Source: Curvularia clavata (lineage: Eukaryota). From it: 64,000 nt of DNA. The DNA lies in contig CP089279.1 in assembly GCA_023920165.1 (NCBI GenBank), positions 558,001 through 622,000 of the forward strand, read 5' to 3'. The stretch's first letter is position 1; each line of letters starts with the position of its first letter. Made by a program: the position numbers and the translations under genes. Under the pieces are notes generated by a model, which did not search any database, was not told the DNA's origin, and was given only the letters and a program-made list of their open reading frames with translations. Below are positions 49,311 to 62,587 of this stretch, one piece after another.

Positions 49311-50684
49311 CTACAACTTCGACTCAGTCTTTGTCGCATCCACCAGGCTCTTCCTACCACCAAAGCCGAATAGATATGCCGCCACCTTGCGCATCTGGAT
49401 CTCCTCGCTACCCTCAGTAATTCTGTACCGCCTGTGATGTCTCCATATGTGTTCAAACGGGTAGTGCCGTGAGTATCCATTACCGCCATGGACCTGTATC
49501 GCCCGGTCGGCTGCCTCAGTACACAACCGATTCGCATAGTAATTGCACATGGAAACCTTATCACCAATCCGCTTCTCAATATCATTGTGCGGCATAGAAT
49601 CCATTTCCAATGCGGTTTTCCGTATGAGCTGGCGCAACATCTCGCATTGAGTCGCAAGCTCGACCAGCGGGAACTGGATGCCCTGGTTATGGGAGAGGGG
49701 TGTCCCGAAAGGTGCACGTTCATTAGCATATTCGACAGACTGCTGAACACAATATACAGCAGCGCCAAGCGACGAAGCAGCTTGTCGGATGCGGTTTTCG
49801 TGGACAAAAGCTTGAGCGACTCCCAATCCATTGTGTATGGGTCCTAACGCTGCGGTTTCGGGGACCCACACATCCTTAATCGAGACGGTTGCATGATCGG
49901 TGGGCATGTTCAGAGTCCTGCGATCAGCGATCAGCATATCTTCACAACAAACAGCATATCATACGCACCACTCATATGATTCTGCTTTGAGACCAGGCGT
50001 ATCTGCCGGGACAATGAAGCAAGAGATGCCCTTGATCTCGCCATCCTTTCCTGATGTTCTCGCGAAGATCGAGCAGTGGGTGGCATGGTGCATACCCGTT
50101 TGCCATTTCTTGTATCCATTCAACACCCAGCCTTTGACCCCATTCCTAGTCTCTGGCCTCCCCTTTGTAGCCATGTGCGTGGCATCCGATCCATGACCAG
50201 GCTCCGTCAAACCGAAGGTCATCCTGAACTTTCCCTGCAGCCGCAACGGTATGAGCTCTTTCTTCTGTTGCTCATTCCCGAAATTCATGAGCATAACAAC
50301 ATCTGGGAAATTTCCGACAATCGAATGTTCCGTCTGAAGATCGTTGAACAGTCCCAGTCCCTTAGCTGCAAGGTGCTCTCTAATCACGGCCATCCAGAGA
50401 TTGCTTCCACGCCCGTCGGCATTGCTATGCCCGCCGTACTGTTTTGGCAGCGAAAATCTGTAGAAGCCAGCTTCATCGGCGAGTCTTCTAGACTCAGCCA
50501 ACAGTTCTTCCCATTCTTTGCGCGGCAATCCGCCATTGTCCCAGTCGGTTCGAGCGTGTTCACGACGGTGATCGAAGAATCGGTTGTTATCGTCTTTGTT
50601 TTGCAACGGGATTATCTTTTCTTCAATAAATCTATCAATATCTGTAAGGTATTGCTTGAGGTCACCGGGAATGGAGAAGTTCAT
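49311..50684 (-). CDS. Acyl-CoA dehydrogenase, peroxisomal (PTS1 SKL); exons 50684-49969, 49917-49311
   Basis: FGLTEPGHGSDA, WVLNGYKKW, RAPFGTPLSHNQGIQF, AIQVHGGNGYS and RRYRITEGSEEIQ; ends TESKL. Confidence 0.93.
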
Positions 50685-52469
50685 CGTGTGCGATAATAAC
50701 ACTGTGGTTCTGGGGAGAAATGGTAGCTGTGTTTGAAAGGGTTTCCTCAGCGATTGCGATAATCCCTAAAGGCGGGGAACAGCTCGGAGAATCGTAGTGT
50801 GTACGTAAACTTTGAAGCGCGCATCTTGACGATTCTGGCCTTATTCGTGGACATCCTCTGTACAGAGAGACGCGTTGCGGGGAAGCATACGCACGGACCA
50901 GGTGGAGTCGTGAACCTCGGTCTTCTGCATTCCAACCATGCCTTCACAAAACATCACGGGTCACGATAGCCTGATTGAAAGCACTGAGGAATTCTCGCTT
51001 ACAGTAGTACTTCACTCGCCTCTTGAACTTATTTCATGCCCAACATACCTGATAATTTCTACAATGTCAATTTTAAGCATCTTTCTCTTCTCTAACAAGG
51101 ACTTTCGGAGGACCTTGCCCTACCGTGTACGCTACTCTACTCGAACTCCAAACATCCTACGAATTAATCTCTCCCAAGCATTCAAATACTTAGGTGCTAA
51201 TCGTTTCTCAAGGAAAAAATGTTAGCGTAGATTCATCCTTGTGTCACTGAAATGCTTCTCTAGCCATTTATCAACATACCTCATTTGACTTATGGCTTGC
51301 AATTCATCGTTGTTGACGGAAGAAGAAGATCGTAGAGACTTTTGCAAAGGCATTCTGCTCCAGCTGATCGCAGTTCACACCACTGTTTCTTCGTGTATTC
51401 TCATTTGACGGACGCGGCCTTGAAACGCCAGGGATCTCATAAATGATGCCGTTCGATTCATCACAATACGGTGTGTGCTGTCCGTCGTAATTCGAATAAT
51501 TCCCACAAGACTGGTTATTTCGAATCGATATGGTACATACATTATTGGAAACCCTCGCGTACACATGTTGATTCTGAATTCGGGAGTGCAAGGTGTCTCG
51601 AGCTGGCCGGCGGAAATACAGTGGTTCACACAGACGTTCGTTCTCTGAACACATCGACGGAGCCTCGTTGGTTATAGGCGATGGCTGGAACAGAAGAGGA
51701 CTCTCAATCTCTTAGATGTATTGCAAAATGGTGCGGGCGGATTTGTTACTGGGCTAGAAATGATTACTTAAGAACTTCCGGATGACTGTAATGTGAAGTG
51801 TCTGGAAGCTTCGTGTAGCTTATTTCATCATTGCATTACTATAAGTTCACTGTATGGCAACGGGTTTGGTGAAGGATGTAGTATTGATGAGTAAAACACC
51901 AGAGAGTCGTGAGCTGTGTGTATCGGTGACCATACCCACAAATGACAAATCCGCGAACAAACGAGCGAATCTGATGGAGTTAGCGGGTTTGGATCTCTCC
52001 TAACAGCAATATTCCGCTTGCTACGTCTGTCACATCATTTTGCTATGTCGGTGTTACGTTACTTGGTTCAAAGCTTTCTATAACATGTTAACTTTTACGC
52101 TATGCTTCTATGCTGTATGCAGTCAAATAGCCTCCGAAAAATAGAAACGTAATTTGCAATAAGATCTCTCAAGTTTCCCGTGTCATCTGCAACTTCTCTC
52201 CTGACACTTCGATATAAGCAATCAAAAATCATTTCAAAAATGTGCATTGAGAGAAGCAAAACCCCAACGCCATGCTATGCTAAGTATGCAAAATAGAGTA
52301 GTGTTTGCTGATACCCAAAAATACCAAGGTCGATGCTTCAAGAAAAAATGCTGTCATGACCTGACCTACGTACGCCATATCCCATAAAGATGCTGAGACT
52401 TCATCCACAAGAATCTCTGTTCTTTTTCCAGAAGCGAAAAACCAGTCCTGAACCGTATCGGTTGGCTCG

Positions 52470-53993
52470 CTACGATTGAGGTCCTTTACTGCCATCGTAG
52501 AGCCTGCTGCCGCCGTCTGCTTCGCTAACATCGCTGTCAGCTTCAGCACCAGGTGATGGCTTTGATTCATCTGAGGAGATGATACGCAAAGCTCCAAGTT
52601 TGTGTGTGGCATCTTCGGTCTCGTTGAGTGCATGATCCTCGTTTGTATCCTGAGACTGGCTGGCATTGTCGTCATGCTCGCTTTCCACTAGCCTCTTTGT
52701 CCAATCGGTACTAAAGCTTGGCTTGTACTGCTCATTCAGGCCCAGATCGCGTAGACGGGCTTCTAGTCGCGGATGCTTTTTCATCAAGGCGTACATGTCT
52801 TCGTCGACTCCCCGAATGACTTTTGAATCGTGTCCTTCGTGCTCTTGTATTCTCTTGCCAACAACCTTGATTGCCGCATAGACGTATCGGCTCTCTCCAC
52901 CGAGGCAGTTCCACAAGGATTCCAGTTCTCCTGCAAAGATTGGTCGGACGAAGTGATTGCTCACAATAGTATGGTCAACACGAAGTGCATCCTTGTGCAG
53001 GCCAAATAGCTCCATTGTTTGAGCTAGGGAGCAGGCAACGAACGTCTTTTCAGGGACGTGAATCGGCTTCATGGTACTCATGGTACTGAGCTGGCAAGCC
53101 CTTATCATCCAGGCTATCAGAATTCGTATCGCTGACTTGCTGCTTTTACCACGAGGGAGTCTCATTTCCTGGTGGGTTGGCATAGTCCGGATATACTTCT
53201 CAATGACTTTCCGACCCAGAAATAAGACCAGCATCTTCTTGGGAACTTGATAGCCAAACACAACCCCAGTATCCTGCTCAACAATGTCAATTTTCTGCTC
53301 TTTGAGTGCGTTCAGTTTTCGCTCTGGTTGCAGACATGGCAACAGGCTGTGTAAAGTGTGCATATGACGAATCGTTTCCGGATCCGGATAAGGGTGAGCT
53401 ATATTTGAGAGGGAAGTCCAGCCAGCATAGCCCAGTGTGCTTTCAGAATCAGCACGTGAGCTGTCTGGGTAGCCAGATGACCCATGTTCGTCGCCAGACC
53501 AATGGCTCCGCTGCGTGGGATCTGAGACAGCGCTGCTGTCAAACGACTGACCTTCTTGCTGATGTGGAAGATTCTGATCAAGATAGACACCTTGCCCAGC
53601 AAGTGCGGGGTAACACGCCTCCCGGTGTGCGAGATAGGCTCCAACAATGTCTTCATGCTGCTCATGTGAGGCGGTGCCTTCAAAGCCAGCTGCGAAGACA
53701 CGGGCGTTAGGGTTCATATGAGAAGACGTGACTGTGCCATCTTTGTTGTACAGATAATAAGTCGTCATGTTGTCTTCTCGGTTTGGACAGCGCTGTCGTA
53801 TGTAGTGATGTTGGCTGTGGCGAGCAGGGGTCGAATTTGCTGAGTAGAAAGGACTTTTCCGGCGGGAACTTCGCTGAACAGTTGAAATTGTCGCCGATCC
53901 GGTTGTATTCTCTTGATTACAGTTGTAGTAGAAGTGAGGGCGTGATGAGATTCCAGGGCTACGCCCTGGATATACGGGCGCAGGAGGGCTCAT
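52470..53993 (-). CDS. Hypothetical protein with PAM2-like motif and degenerate BTB-like region (true start may be ATG 53768)
   Basis: 507-codon ORF containing SHMNPNARVF and VPKKMLVLF...MRLP...AIRILIAWM. Confidence 0.7.
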   Translation of the reverse strand: MSPPAPVYPGRSPGISSRPHFYYNCNQENTTGSATISTVQRSSRRKSPFYSANSTPARHSQHHYIRQRCPNREDNMTTYYLYNKDGTVTSSHMNPNARVFAAGFEGTASHEQHEDIVGAYLAHREACYPALAGQGVYLDQNLPHQQEGQSFDSSAVSDPTQRSHWSGDEHGSSGYPDSSRADSESTLGYAGWTSLSNIAHPYPDPETIRHMHTLHSLLPCLQPERKLNALKEQKIDIVEQDTGVVFGYQVPKKMLVLFLGRKVIEKYIRTMPTHQEMRLPRGKSSKSAIRILIAWMIRACQLSTMSTMKPIHVPEKTFVACSLAQTMELFGLHKDALRVDHTIVSNHFVRPIFAGELESLWNCLGGESRYVYAAIKVVGKRIQEHEGHDSKVIRGVDEDMYALMKKHPRLEARLRDLGLNEQYKPSFSTDWTKRLVESEHDDNASQSQDTNEDHALNETEDATHKLGALRIISSDESKPSPGAEADSDVSEADGGSRLYDGSKGPQS

Positions 53994-55419
53994 TGTAGCT
54001 TGGAAGCATGAATGTTAACAAATAATGTCGTTAACATCGACTTCTCAATCGTTCCAGAGTCGCGCATTGTGTATGAACATTATGGTCAGAGGTGTGAGTG
54101 GGCATAGTGAAACAGTAAAGAACTAACCACTCGAATGCGGCCGTGCGCCCAACCTTGGCGCGGCTACATCTGTTAAGAAAGCAGGTGAACGATTCGCCAA
54201 GACAATGTCACGTGCAAGAACATCGTATTCCGTCTCTACAAAAATCGGATGGCTTCTAGTAGAGCCTTGATAACGACAACAAATGCGCTTGTCATAGATG
54301 GCTTTTCTTATTATCCAAATAAGAGATTTGATGTTTTACTGTCATTATTGTAGCAAAAATCTTTGCGAATTCTCCATATAGGTGGAAAACAACGTGGCAA
54401 TATCGGGAGATAAAGAAAAGAAAAGGATAACAATTACTTCCAATAGAACAGCGCCAAAGAGACATATTGAAGAAATTCAGAAGCACAATGTCAGGAAGTG
54501 AAAAATGCCAAAATGTAGCGTCCCACTATCACAAAAACATTATCAATATCGTAAAGACCCACAACCGACTTCTATGGGCAGGAACACGGTCACGTAGATG
54601 CAAGTAAATATTGATAGACTGACAGTTTCGATCTCTTCAGTTTGTACCAATAAGCCGACTTTACCACCATGAGCTTTGTGCGGCTCTAGATCAGATCATA
54701 GGCTTATCCAGTCACTGGGACTCGACAGCAAAGAACGGCCATTAAGACAGTCCTGTGCTCAGTGCCTCTACTAGATGGCTCGAGAAACTGTTCAAACTAA
54801 CTTTCCGACTAAGGTGTATGTTCCAGAATTTAAGATTTCGTATAGTCTTTCGTGATGGAATATCGACGTGGCTGCACGAGTCGGTAGCGAAGGAATCCCT
54901 TTTCTGTCTCAAGAATACAATCGCGTCAAACCAAACACGCATGCACTTCTTGGTATATGAAGGGTCTGCTTCGGAGAAGCATGCTCCGTAGATGCCTCTA
55001 CTATTACCCGGCCACTCGCAGTGGAATACTCATTCTTCCACAGATGAGTATGCATATTCTCACCTTGACCCGGGATTTGATCAATTTTGGAGTTGGACCG
55101 CTAGTTGATTCTACAGCGAGTGGGTACTCATCCATTGTTGAATCGTTGTGTTGAGAAAAGGGGGATGCGAGGCCATGGAAGGATTGCCGCTTTCTCTGGC
55201 GAAATTTATGCGCTCCTTGATATGGGAGATTGTGAAGAACAACAAAGCGCTGCAGGCGATGTTCAAGTTGAGAACGCGCAAATGCTACCGTCAAAGACTA
55301 CCGGTCTTTCGCCACTAGTATTTGTATCACTTTTTCCTTTATAGAATCAATAGTTGCACCTACATTGCGTTGATTAAGAACGCCCAGCGCTGCACGACGT
55401 GGAGCTGTCGGTTCGTTAC

Positions 55420-56174
55420 CGGCTAAATGGCTATTGTCTGATTGGCTAGCGATCCTTAAACCATAGCTTCCTACGCTAAAATAGCATAGGGCAGATGGTG
55501 GCTTCACACCTGAGCCAGACACACAGCCATTCTCATCGTCATGGAAGTCTGGGGAGGTTTGACGGTGAGTGACACGGTGGCGAGTTGAGAGTGAGGAAAC
55601 ACGTTGTTAGATTTGGCCCGGGAAGATGATGAAATCGAATAGCTGTTGAACTCAATGCAGATCAACTGCATAATAGATTATTGTGCATGCTGATCATGCT
55701 TGGGACGTGTTGTAGATCAGTCCTGTGTTGACCGAGAACGGTGCGCCACAACACGTCCTTTACTTCACCTTTTGCCATTAGCTTCACGACGAGAGTCTTG
55801 GAATACACGAATGCCATCGGGCTAACGGACGCAGGTAATTATAATGGCGAACCTTCTACATTATTAGCCGGCAAACTCCTATTCTCATTGTTGCCTGTCC
55901 TGTACGCACCCTTCCCAGGGCCGGTGGGACCTGCATTTCACATAGTCAGTCTATACCCCAGACGTACGCTTCGTTTAAGCGCAAGAACCATTGCCCAGAC
56001 CGTCTACCCCAGAAGCAGGTCCTAGTGTCAATGACACCGAGGTCCAAGCCGGTTGATTTGTGGGTTAGTCTGGAGAATCTCCACATGCCACTAGTGTTGG
56101 CGCCACGGCGTGGAGTCCAAGAACGTACAGTACCTAGACGATATGCAGGCGTTGGAGCCAAAGACCCGGTTAAA
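55420..56174. promoter_or_regulatory. Cluster of XlnR/Xyr1-type sites in the xylanase promoter
   Basis: CGGCTAAA 55420-55427, GGCTAG 55444-55449, GGCTAA 55820-55825, ATTAGCCG (reverse complement CGGCTAAT) 55863-55870 and CGGTTAAA 56167-56174. A TATA-like TATATAT lies near 56263 and SYGGRG CreA-like sites are also present. Confidence 0.6.
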
Positions 56175-56345
56175 CTACCCTGCTAGATTAGAGATGTACC
56201 GCAGGAGCGGAATGATTGATTAAACATGCAGACACTAGACTTCTAGAATAACCGTCGAGCGCTATATATTTAGGAATGGGATCTGTACCTTGAAAGCTCC
56301 CGTGGCAGACAGCTTCAATTGAAACAAGTCCCAGCACCAGACACA

Positions 56346-57466
56346 ATGCACTTCTCCAGCATCCTCGCCAGCTTGGCTGTTGTCAGCTCTGCTGTTGCCA
56401 GCCCGTGAGTAGCATCAAACGCCCAACCATAACTATACTGTACTGACATTAACCCAGTCTGAACCCTCCTCCGGGAAATGGCAACAGCGATAGCCTCTAC
56501 AAGGCTATGAGGAAGGCAGGAAGGGATTTTATCGGCACTGCTCTCACCCTCAGGAACTCGAGTCAGGAAGACGCAATCATGCACTCCGACTTCAACTCCT
56601 TCACCCCCGAGAACAGCATGAAATGGGAGTCTACTGAGCCATCTCGCAACAACTTCACCTTTGCGGACGCCGACCGCTATGCAGCATACGCGAAGAAGAA
56701 CAACCTGGAGGTGCATTGCCACACTCTAGTTTGGCACTCTCAACTCCCCGTCTGGGTTTCCGAGGGCGGTTTCGACAACAAGACGCTCATCAGCATTATG
56801 GAGAACCACATCAAGACGTTGATGACCCGTTACAAGAGCGTCTGCACCCGCTGGGACGTAGTAAACGAGGCCCTCAACGAAGACGGAACCTACCGCAAGT
56901 CCGTGTGGTACGACACTATCGGCGAGGCTTTCCTGCCTATTGCATTCCGTTTCGCCAACAAGTACCGTGGAACCGCTAAGCTCTTCTACAATGACTACAA
57001 CCTTGAGTACAATGGTAACAAGACTGAGGGTGCTGCCCGCATCGTCAAGCTCATCAAGTCCTACGGTGTTCGCATTGACGGTGTTGGCTACCAGGCCCAT
57101 CTTGCCAGCGAGCCCACCCCCACCGCCCCTGGCGCTGCTCCCGACCAGGCCACTCTCGAAGCTGCTCTCCGCGCCACCGCAAACCTCGGTGTCAAGGTCG
57201 TCTACACCGAGATCGATCTCCGCATGAACACACCCGCCACCCCCGAGAAGCTCCAGGTCCAGGCCGATGCTTACGAGCGCGTTGCCAAGTCTTGTTTGGC
57301 CGTTAAGCAATGCATTGGTATGACCGTTTGGGGTATCTCCGACCTGTACTCTTGGATCCCCGGTGTTTTCGCCGGCGAGGGTGCTGCCCTTCTCTTTGAT
57401 GACAAGTACAACAAGAAGCCTGCTTATGCCGGTTTCTTGAAGGGAATCAAGGCCAAGAAGAACTAG
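56346..57466 (+). CDS. GH10 endo-1,4-beta-xylanase, secreted; exons 56346-56404, 56458-57466
   Basis: Signal peptide, TPENSMKW, HTLVWHSQLP, WDVVNEA (acid/base), YNDYNLE, IDGVGYQAH, YTEIDLR (nucleophile) and TVWGISDLYSW. Confidence 0.96.
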
Positions 57467-57849
57467 ATACACTAGTAGAAGCATAGAAATTATTAGAGTA
57501 CATTGTATCATGAATTGAACGCTTGGCAAATTGTCGATGAACTGTCATTGGTTGCTCTCATATGTTGGTGTTCTAATGAGGCTAATTACAAGCATTTGCT
57601 ATAATTACCCTATCCAGAAAGGAGCCGTTAACAAGCTTTTTGGGTAGACAACCGCACCCGTTCATCATTCCCATACTAGTGACTCGTTTCATTCTCTTAT
57701 TGTCGAACGCGGATGAGATGTAAATTGCTTCTGCTAGATCATTCCCACCATCTTCCTTACAGTAGGTTCTCCATTTCTGTGTCGTGTCTTTTCCTCTTCT
57801 GAAAAAGCTTTAGCAGATGCAGTATGGATTGAATAAGCTTGATGCTGCG

Positions 57850-58976
57850 CTAATTAGGCACAGTGTAGGAGTCTTCGAGAAATTTGTTGGCAAATGCTTG
57901 GAATGCCTCGGAGACTGCTCTATCACCCTTACCTGGATTCGTTAGCTCGTAATCTTTCGCCGCCTGAAACTCGGTGTCAAATCGATTGGCTGTAATAAAA
58001 GAGCGGATAGCATCATTCACTGTCTTCAGAAGGCTATCCTTGGACTCCTTATATCCCTCTTCGTCCAGAGTGATGAGCTTGGCCAAGCTCAATTCGTGAT
58101 GACTTATCCATGTCTTGATCGCTGCGTTGACATGATCGCTCGCCATACACCCTATCTTCAACCATAGACCAAGGTTTCCAGGTGCCTTTTCTCCTACCGA
58201 AGCTAAAGCTCTGTTCCAGCCGAATGGATGCCGGGCGACACCCTTCGCCATATGTGCTTTCTCGTAATCAACCCATACCCATAATGCACCAGAGATGCCG
58301 TATTGTTCGCCAGTAATGTCAATCACCCATTGTTTCCTGGTCTTGGTAGACTTGACGCGAAGAATGTCATGGAAACAATTTGGCCAGTTCATTTCAGGGG
58401 GATCAGGTGAACTGTCAAAGATCACTGCTCTATGAATGTTCCCGAGGCCAACGCTGATTTCCTCGATTTCGACATCCAGACCTATCATAACCGAATTAGC
58501 AACTGAGTCAAGGATGCTACGAGAATTGAATTACCTTTGAACAAAGCTGCGAACAGTTCATGCATCCATGTCAGTGGCTCTCTGCAACCTGTCGCGAAAA
58601 GTATGGCACGCTCAATCTCCTTGGTTGGAGCAAGATGCCGTGGAAAGTCGACAAAGAAACTAGTCTTTTCCATGAAACGCTTATTGTGGAGTTTCAGAAA
58701 GCATTCTCCAATATCAGCGTTCATGGTAGGCGTGCTCCAGGTCGCTTTGCGGAAGTGGTAGCAAGCTTGCTTCACGATCTCGGCGATCCGCTTGAGGGCC
58801 TTCTCCAGATGTAGATTCTGGGCATCATGACATGCTTTCTTATGTTTCGGCCAGTCCCTGACCTGGCATACTTTGCCACAATAGTAAATTGAGCTCGTAT
58901 CTGACCTGCAGCCGGCACACTTGTTGGACGCTGGATTTCCACAAACAGCGCAGACTGTCTTGTCGTTGGAAGTCAT
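57850..58976 (-). CDS. MYND zinc-finger protein; exons 58976-58535, 58481-57850
   Basis: CAVC...CAGC...YYCGKVCQVRDWPKHKKAC. A 53-nt GT-AG intron joins the two ORFs in frame. Confidence 0.85.
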
Positions 58977-59872
58977 TTCCGCAATGGCGAATGGAGAATA
59001 GCTACGACGGGTTGAATTTGAAAGTCATGTCAAAAGCAGTCGATAAAGAATTATTAATTTTGGAGCGGAGATTCGTTTGACAAGGCTTGCTACGAGCAAA
59101 CGGGGAGGTGAATGGTGAGGTGTGGAGGCAGCCATGCGTTTGCCCAACGACACTTCGTAATAATCCCATACCCAAGCATTCCCCCCTCCAATTGATTCAC
59201 ATATTGTAAAACACAACTCATCTTACTACTAATGTAAAAATCTATCGTTGCTAGAAGTCTCTATCTGAGGGTTGAGCACGATCGATGACTATTGATATTC
59301 CGTTGTGGGTTAGTAAAACAGCCGAAAGACTGAATTGGTCTGTAGAAGAAAGTGAGGATGAGTGATGGAAACAGCAAATAGTACATCCATCTTATCAAAC
59401 ATGCTCGAATAAGCATTGCTATGAGTCGCAGTATTTTAAAAGCACATAGGGCCAAGGCGCTATGCCTAAATAAGTGATTAGTCGGTCATTCCACCCATTT
59501 ATTCAATCCAGTATGTGCAGGAAGGCTTTCAAATGGGTAATGGGATATCAAAATCGCCATATTTTGGTGAATTATGAACTACTGCTAACAATACTGAATG
59601 CTGGTGGTAAAAGGCCAGCATTCTGAAGTTCTGCAGAAGGACGGAACCTCGGTGGCTCCCCACGATGATCAGGGACGCGACTGGGATGTTGACGCACATT
59701 CGCTAGCTCCTACGTCATTGTTCCGCAACGCAAGCTCCCCAGAGTACATAACACCACTTCTTTCCTCCCCAGTCCTTGTCAGCTACACAAAACTTGGATC
59801 TCCAGCTCCAGCATCACTCCTACTATCTTCACGAATCCCAATTCCTCTACTTCATCTCAATTCTCTTCCACA

Positions 59873-60490
59873 ATGGGTTGGTTCAGCTCCGACGAGAAGT
59901 CCACTCTCGCGACGCATCCCGTCAACGTCGACGTCACAACAAAGTCAGGCTCCGCTGCTGAACAAGACCGCTATGGTCAGCACTTTTCATCTGATGCCAT
60001 CAGGCGGGGTGTCGATCGAGGTCTCGACAAGCTCCAGAATGCTGCCAATGCTGCTGGTTCTGGCGCCGAACAAGATCGCTACGCCTCGCATCTCAGCGTT
60101 GGCGACCGCATCCACAGGGCCATCAAAGAGGCTGCCAGGTACCAGGGTGATGGCGCCGAACAAGACAGGTACAATGCGCACTTCAGCCCTGCGCTGCATA
60201 GCACGGATTCTTTCAAGGCTCTTCAGGCAGCGGGCAGCGTTGCTGCCAACGGAGAGAAGAACGCTAGTTGGTTTGGACTGGGTTATGATGGGCAACAAAG
60301 GGCCAAATTGATGGCTGGTAGCGGCATGGGTGCGGAACAGGTACGGTCTCCATCACAAGTCTGATGGCAACAGCACACTAATGTTGTATAGGATCGTTTG
60401 GGATCACATTTCAGCCTCAGCAAGGACAGTGTTGTCAATGCTGCGCAGAGAGTAAAGGAAGGCGCACAGGATGTTCTTTCTAGGCGATAA
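59873..60490 (+). CDS. Small hydrophilic repeat protein with four G-x-[GA]-AEQDR[YL]-x-x-H[FL]S motifs; exons 59873-60340, 60392-60490
   Basis: ATG in ACAATGG context. Intron GTACGG..CTAAT..TAG splits the fourth repeat (GAEQ|DRLGSHFS) and splicing restores it. Confidence 0.85.
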
Positions 60491-62587
60491 GCGATAGTTA
60501 TATCATGGGACCGCAAAACACCAGTAATAATCAGAGCGAACACGTGGAGAGCGACTTTTACGGCCTTGAAAATATAATGTAAAACGGGACCTACCAATTT
60601 GGGAAAAGCCATGGAAATATCTGCATCGGAACATTACACTTCTTTGTATATGAATGAATGAATTCATTATGCGACCACACATCCAGAATGACAGACACAT
60701 GGTACATGTACTTGGATCCCATAGCGATTGTGGGAAGATGACACAGAGCTAGCTAGAGTGCGTTGCAGGTGGTAAATTTTTGAAGAATTGAAGACAACTG
60801 TGAGCTAATGAGATGTTCGAGATCGCCTTGCGATGCATTGCCCAAGGTTGTAGACTACTCGAATTTTCAGCCTCACTAGTTCAGCGAATGATTTAATTTC
60901 TCGGCTACATACGCAACCAAATAACTCACACACCTCGAAACCTTTTCACTTGAAAACATCCTCAGCTCATGTAGGGCCAAAGTATAAGGTCTGGTGCTGG
61001 CTTTGTAAGACAGCGAGATGCTGATGGACTTGATGAGCTAGCCACTCTTCCTGTTACGGCATGATCTGCGTTCACAGAGGCATTGGCGTTGCGTTACCCC
61101 GGCGGTGCTTACGTACACCTCATTCTTTCGTCTCTTGGACTATGATCATTCCGAACTGCCTTGCCAACTCGCGCTGACCTGCATTATTTTGCCAATAAGA
61201 CAGTAAAATAATGTCCCACCTTGTTGGTAAGAAGGCCCCACATTGAGCATTGCCTGGACAGACATCCACCAAGCGGATACCCTAGGCCTTCGAGAAGCCG
61301 ATCGATCACTTGGTCGTTACCAATCTCAACCCCTGGACTGCATACTTGGCCATCCAGATGTACCGCTCAGCTCCAACATGGTTGAGTGCTTTACGCTGAT
61401 GCCGTGCGCTTCCGGCTTTGTAAAGTTCCCCAAGGCCATGTCTCCTCATCAAAACAATGTTTGTTCATTTGATTGTTTCCGACATATCCGAGTCTGAGCC
61501 TCAATCATTCATCAGAGTTGGCTGAGTATGCATCCCCCAGTTATTTCTGACTGCCCTGACGGAGTGCGCCTTGATCTGTGTACAGACCGGAATACCATGG
61601 CTTCCCCGCACATCCGATGAACCTTGGTCCGCATTGGCACTTGTCATCGCGACCCAATAACGGGAAAATGTAATTCTTGTCCCACAAACTCCGTCCCGTT
61701 CCGCTCGGCGTTCTTACACGGCTGTAGGGAGATCGACACGAAGCCTCCTTGCGTTGTCCTACGCTGGGCAATGACCAATGGCGCCTTGGCTCAGCTGTAC
61801 CATCATTTCAACTGTTTGTGCGACTCCCACACTTTTCACAGCTACTGCAAGTTTATGTATGAAGTGCGTATCTCTGTAATTATGAAAGTTTACTGATGGG
61901 AGAGTGAGAGTATAGCGTAGGCGTTTGAAATTATTTATGAAGTTTAGAAGCTGTCTCTATACATTAGCACAAAACTGAGCTACTGCAACGCTAAGACGTC
62001 GTGAAATCGGCGAACAGACTAAGTAATGGTGCTACACAGGGCTCAAATATTGGATCACATATCTGAGCATCTTCCTTTCCACTTCATCGCCAAATGTCGG
62101 TGAAATATCAACTCATGGACACGGTCCCGGCAGTCGCTTGAAAACGGCGAGGACCAAGCAATTTACTATGAACAGAATTCAACAAGCCATCATTCCGAAA
62201 CCTTGTGAGATCTCGTTGATCAAGCTGATATGAGCAAACACTGCCTTTACAGAAACTAACCCGATTTGACTCTAGCAGACTCAGCCCCGGTAAGGTTGAT
62301 TGTGCAATTGACGCGGCTGATGGTAACAATTAAGCAATGAGCCTTGCTTACGGAGAAACTACCGCTTTGACTATCAAGGCCGGCAACCTTTGACCTCATA
62401 GTCTTACGAGCATGTCTTGGCCATAGTAGTGGCATATATATATCAGGCGTCAGAACGGGCCGATGAACATAAAAGCTACATCTTGGCTGACATTGCCATC
62501 TCTGTGCCTTCTTCTTGCTGCAAGGCTTGAGCTATAAGTCTCCAAATAGCATTTTGTCCACGAGTATTTGCCTTCCTCACCCAGAAG

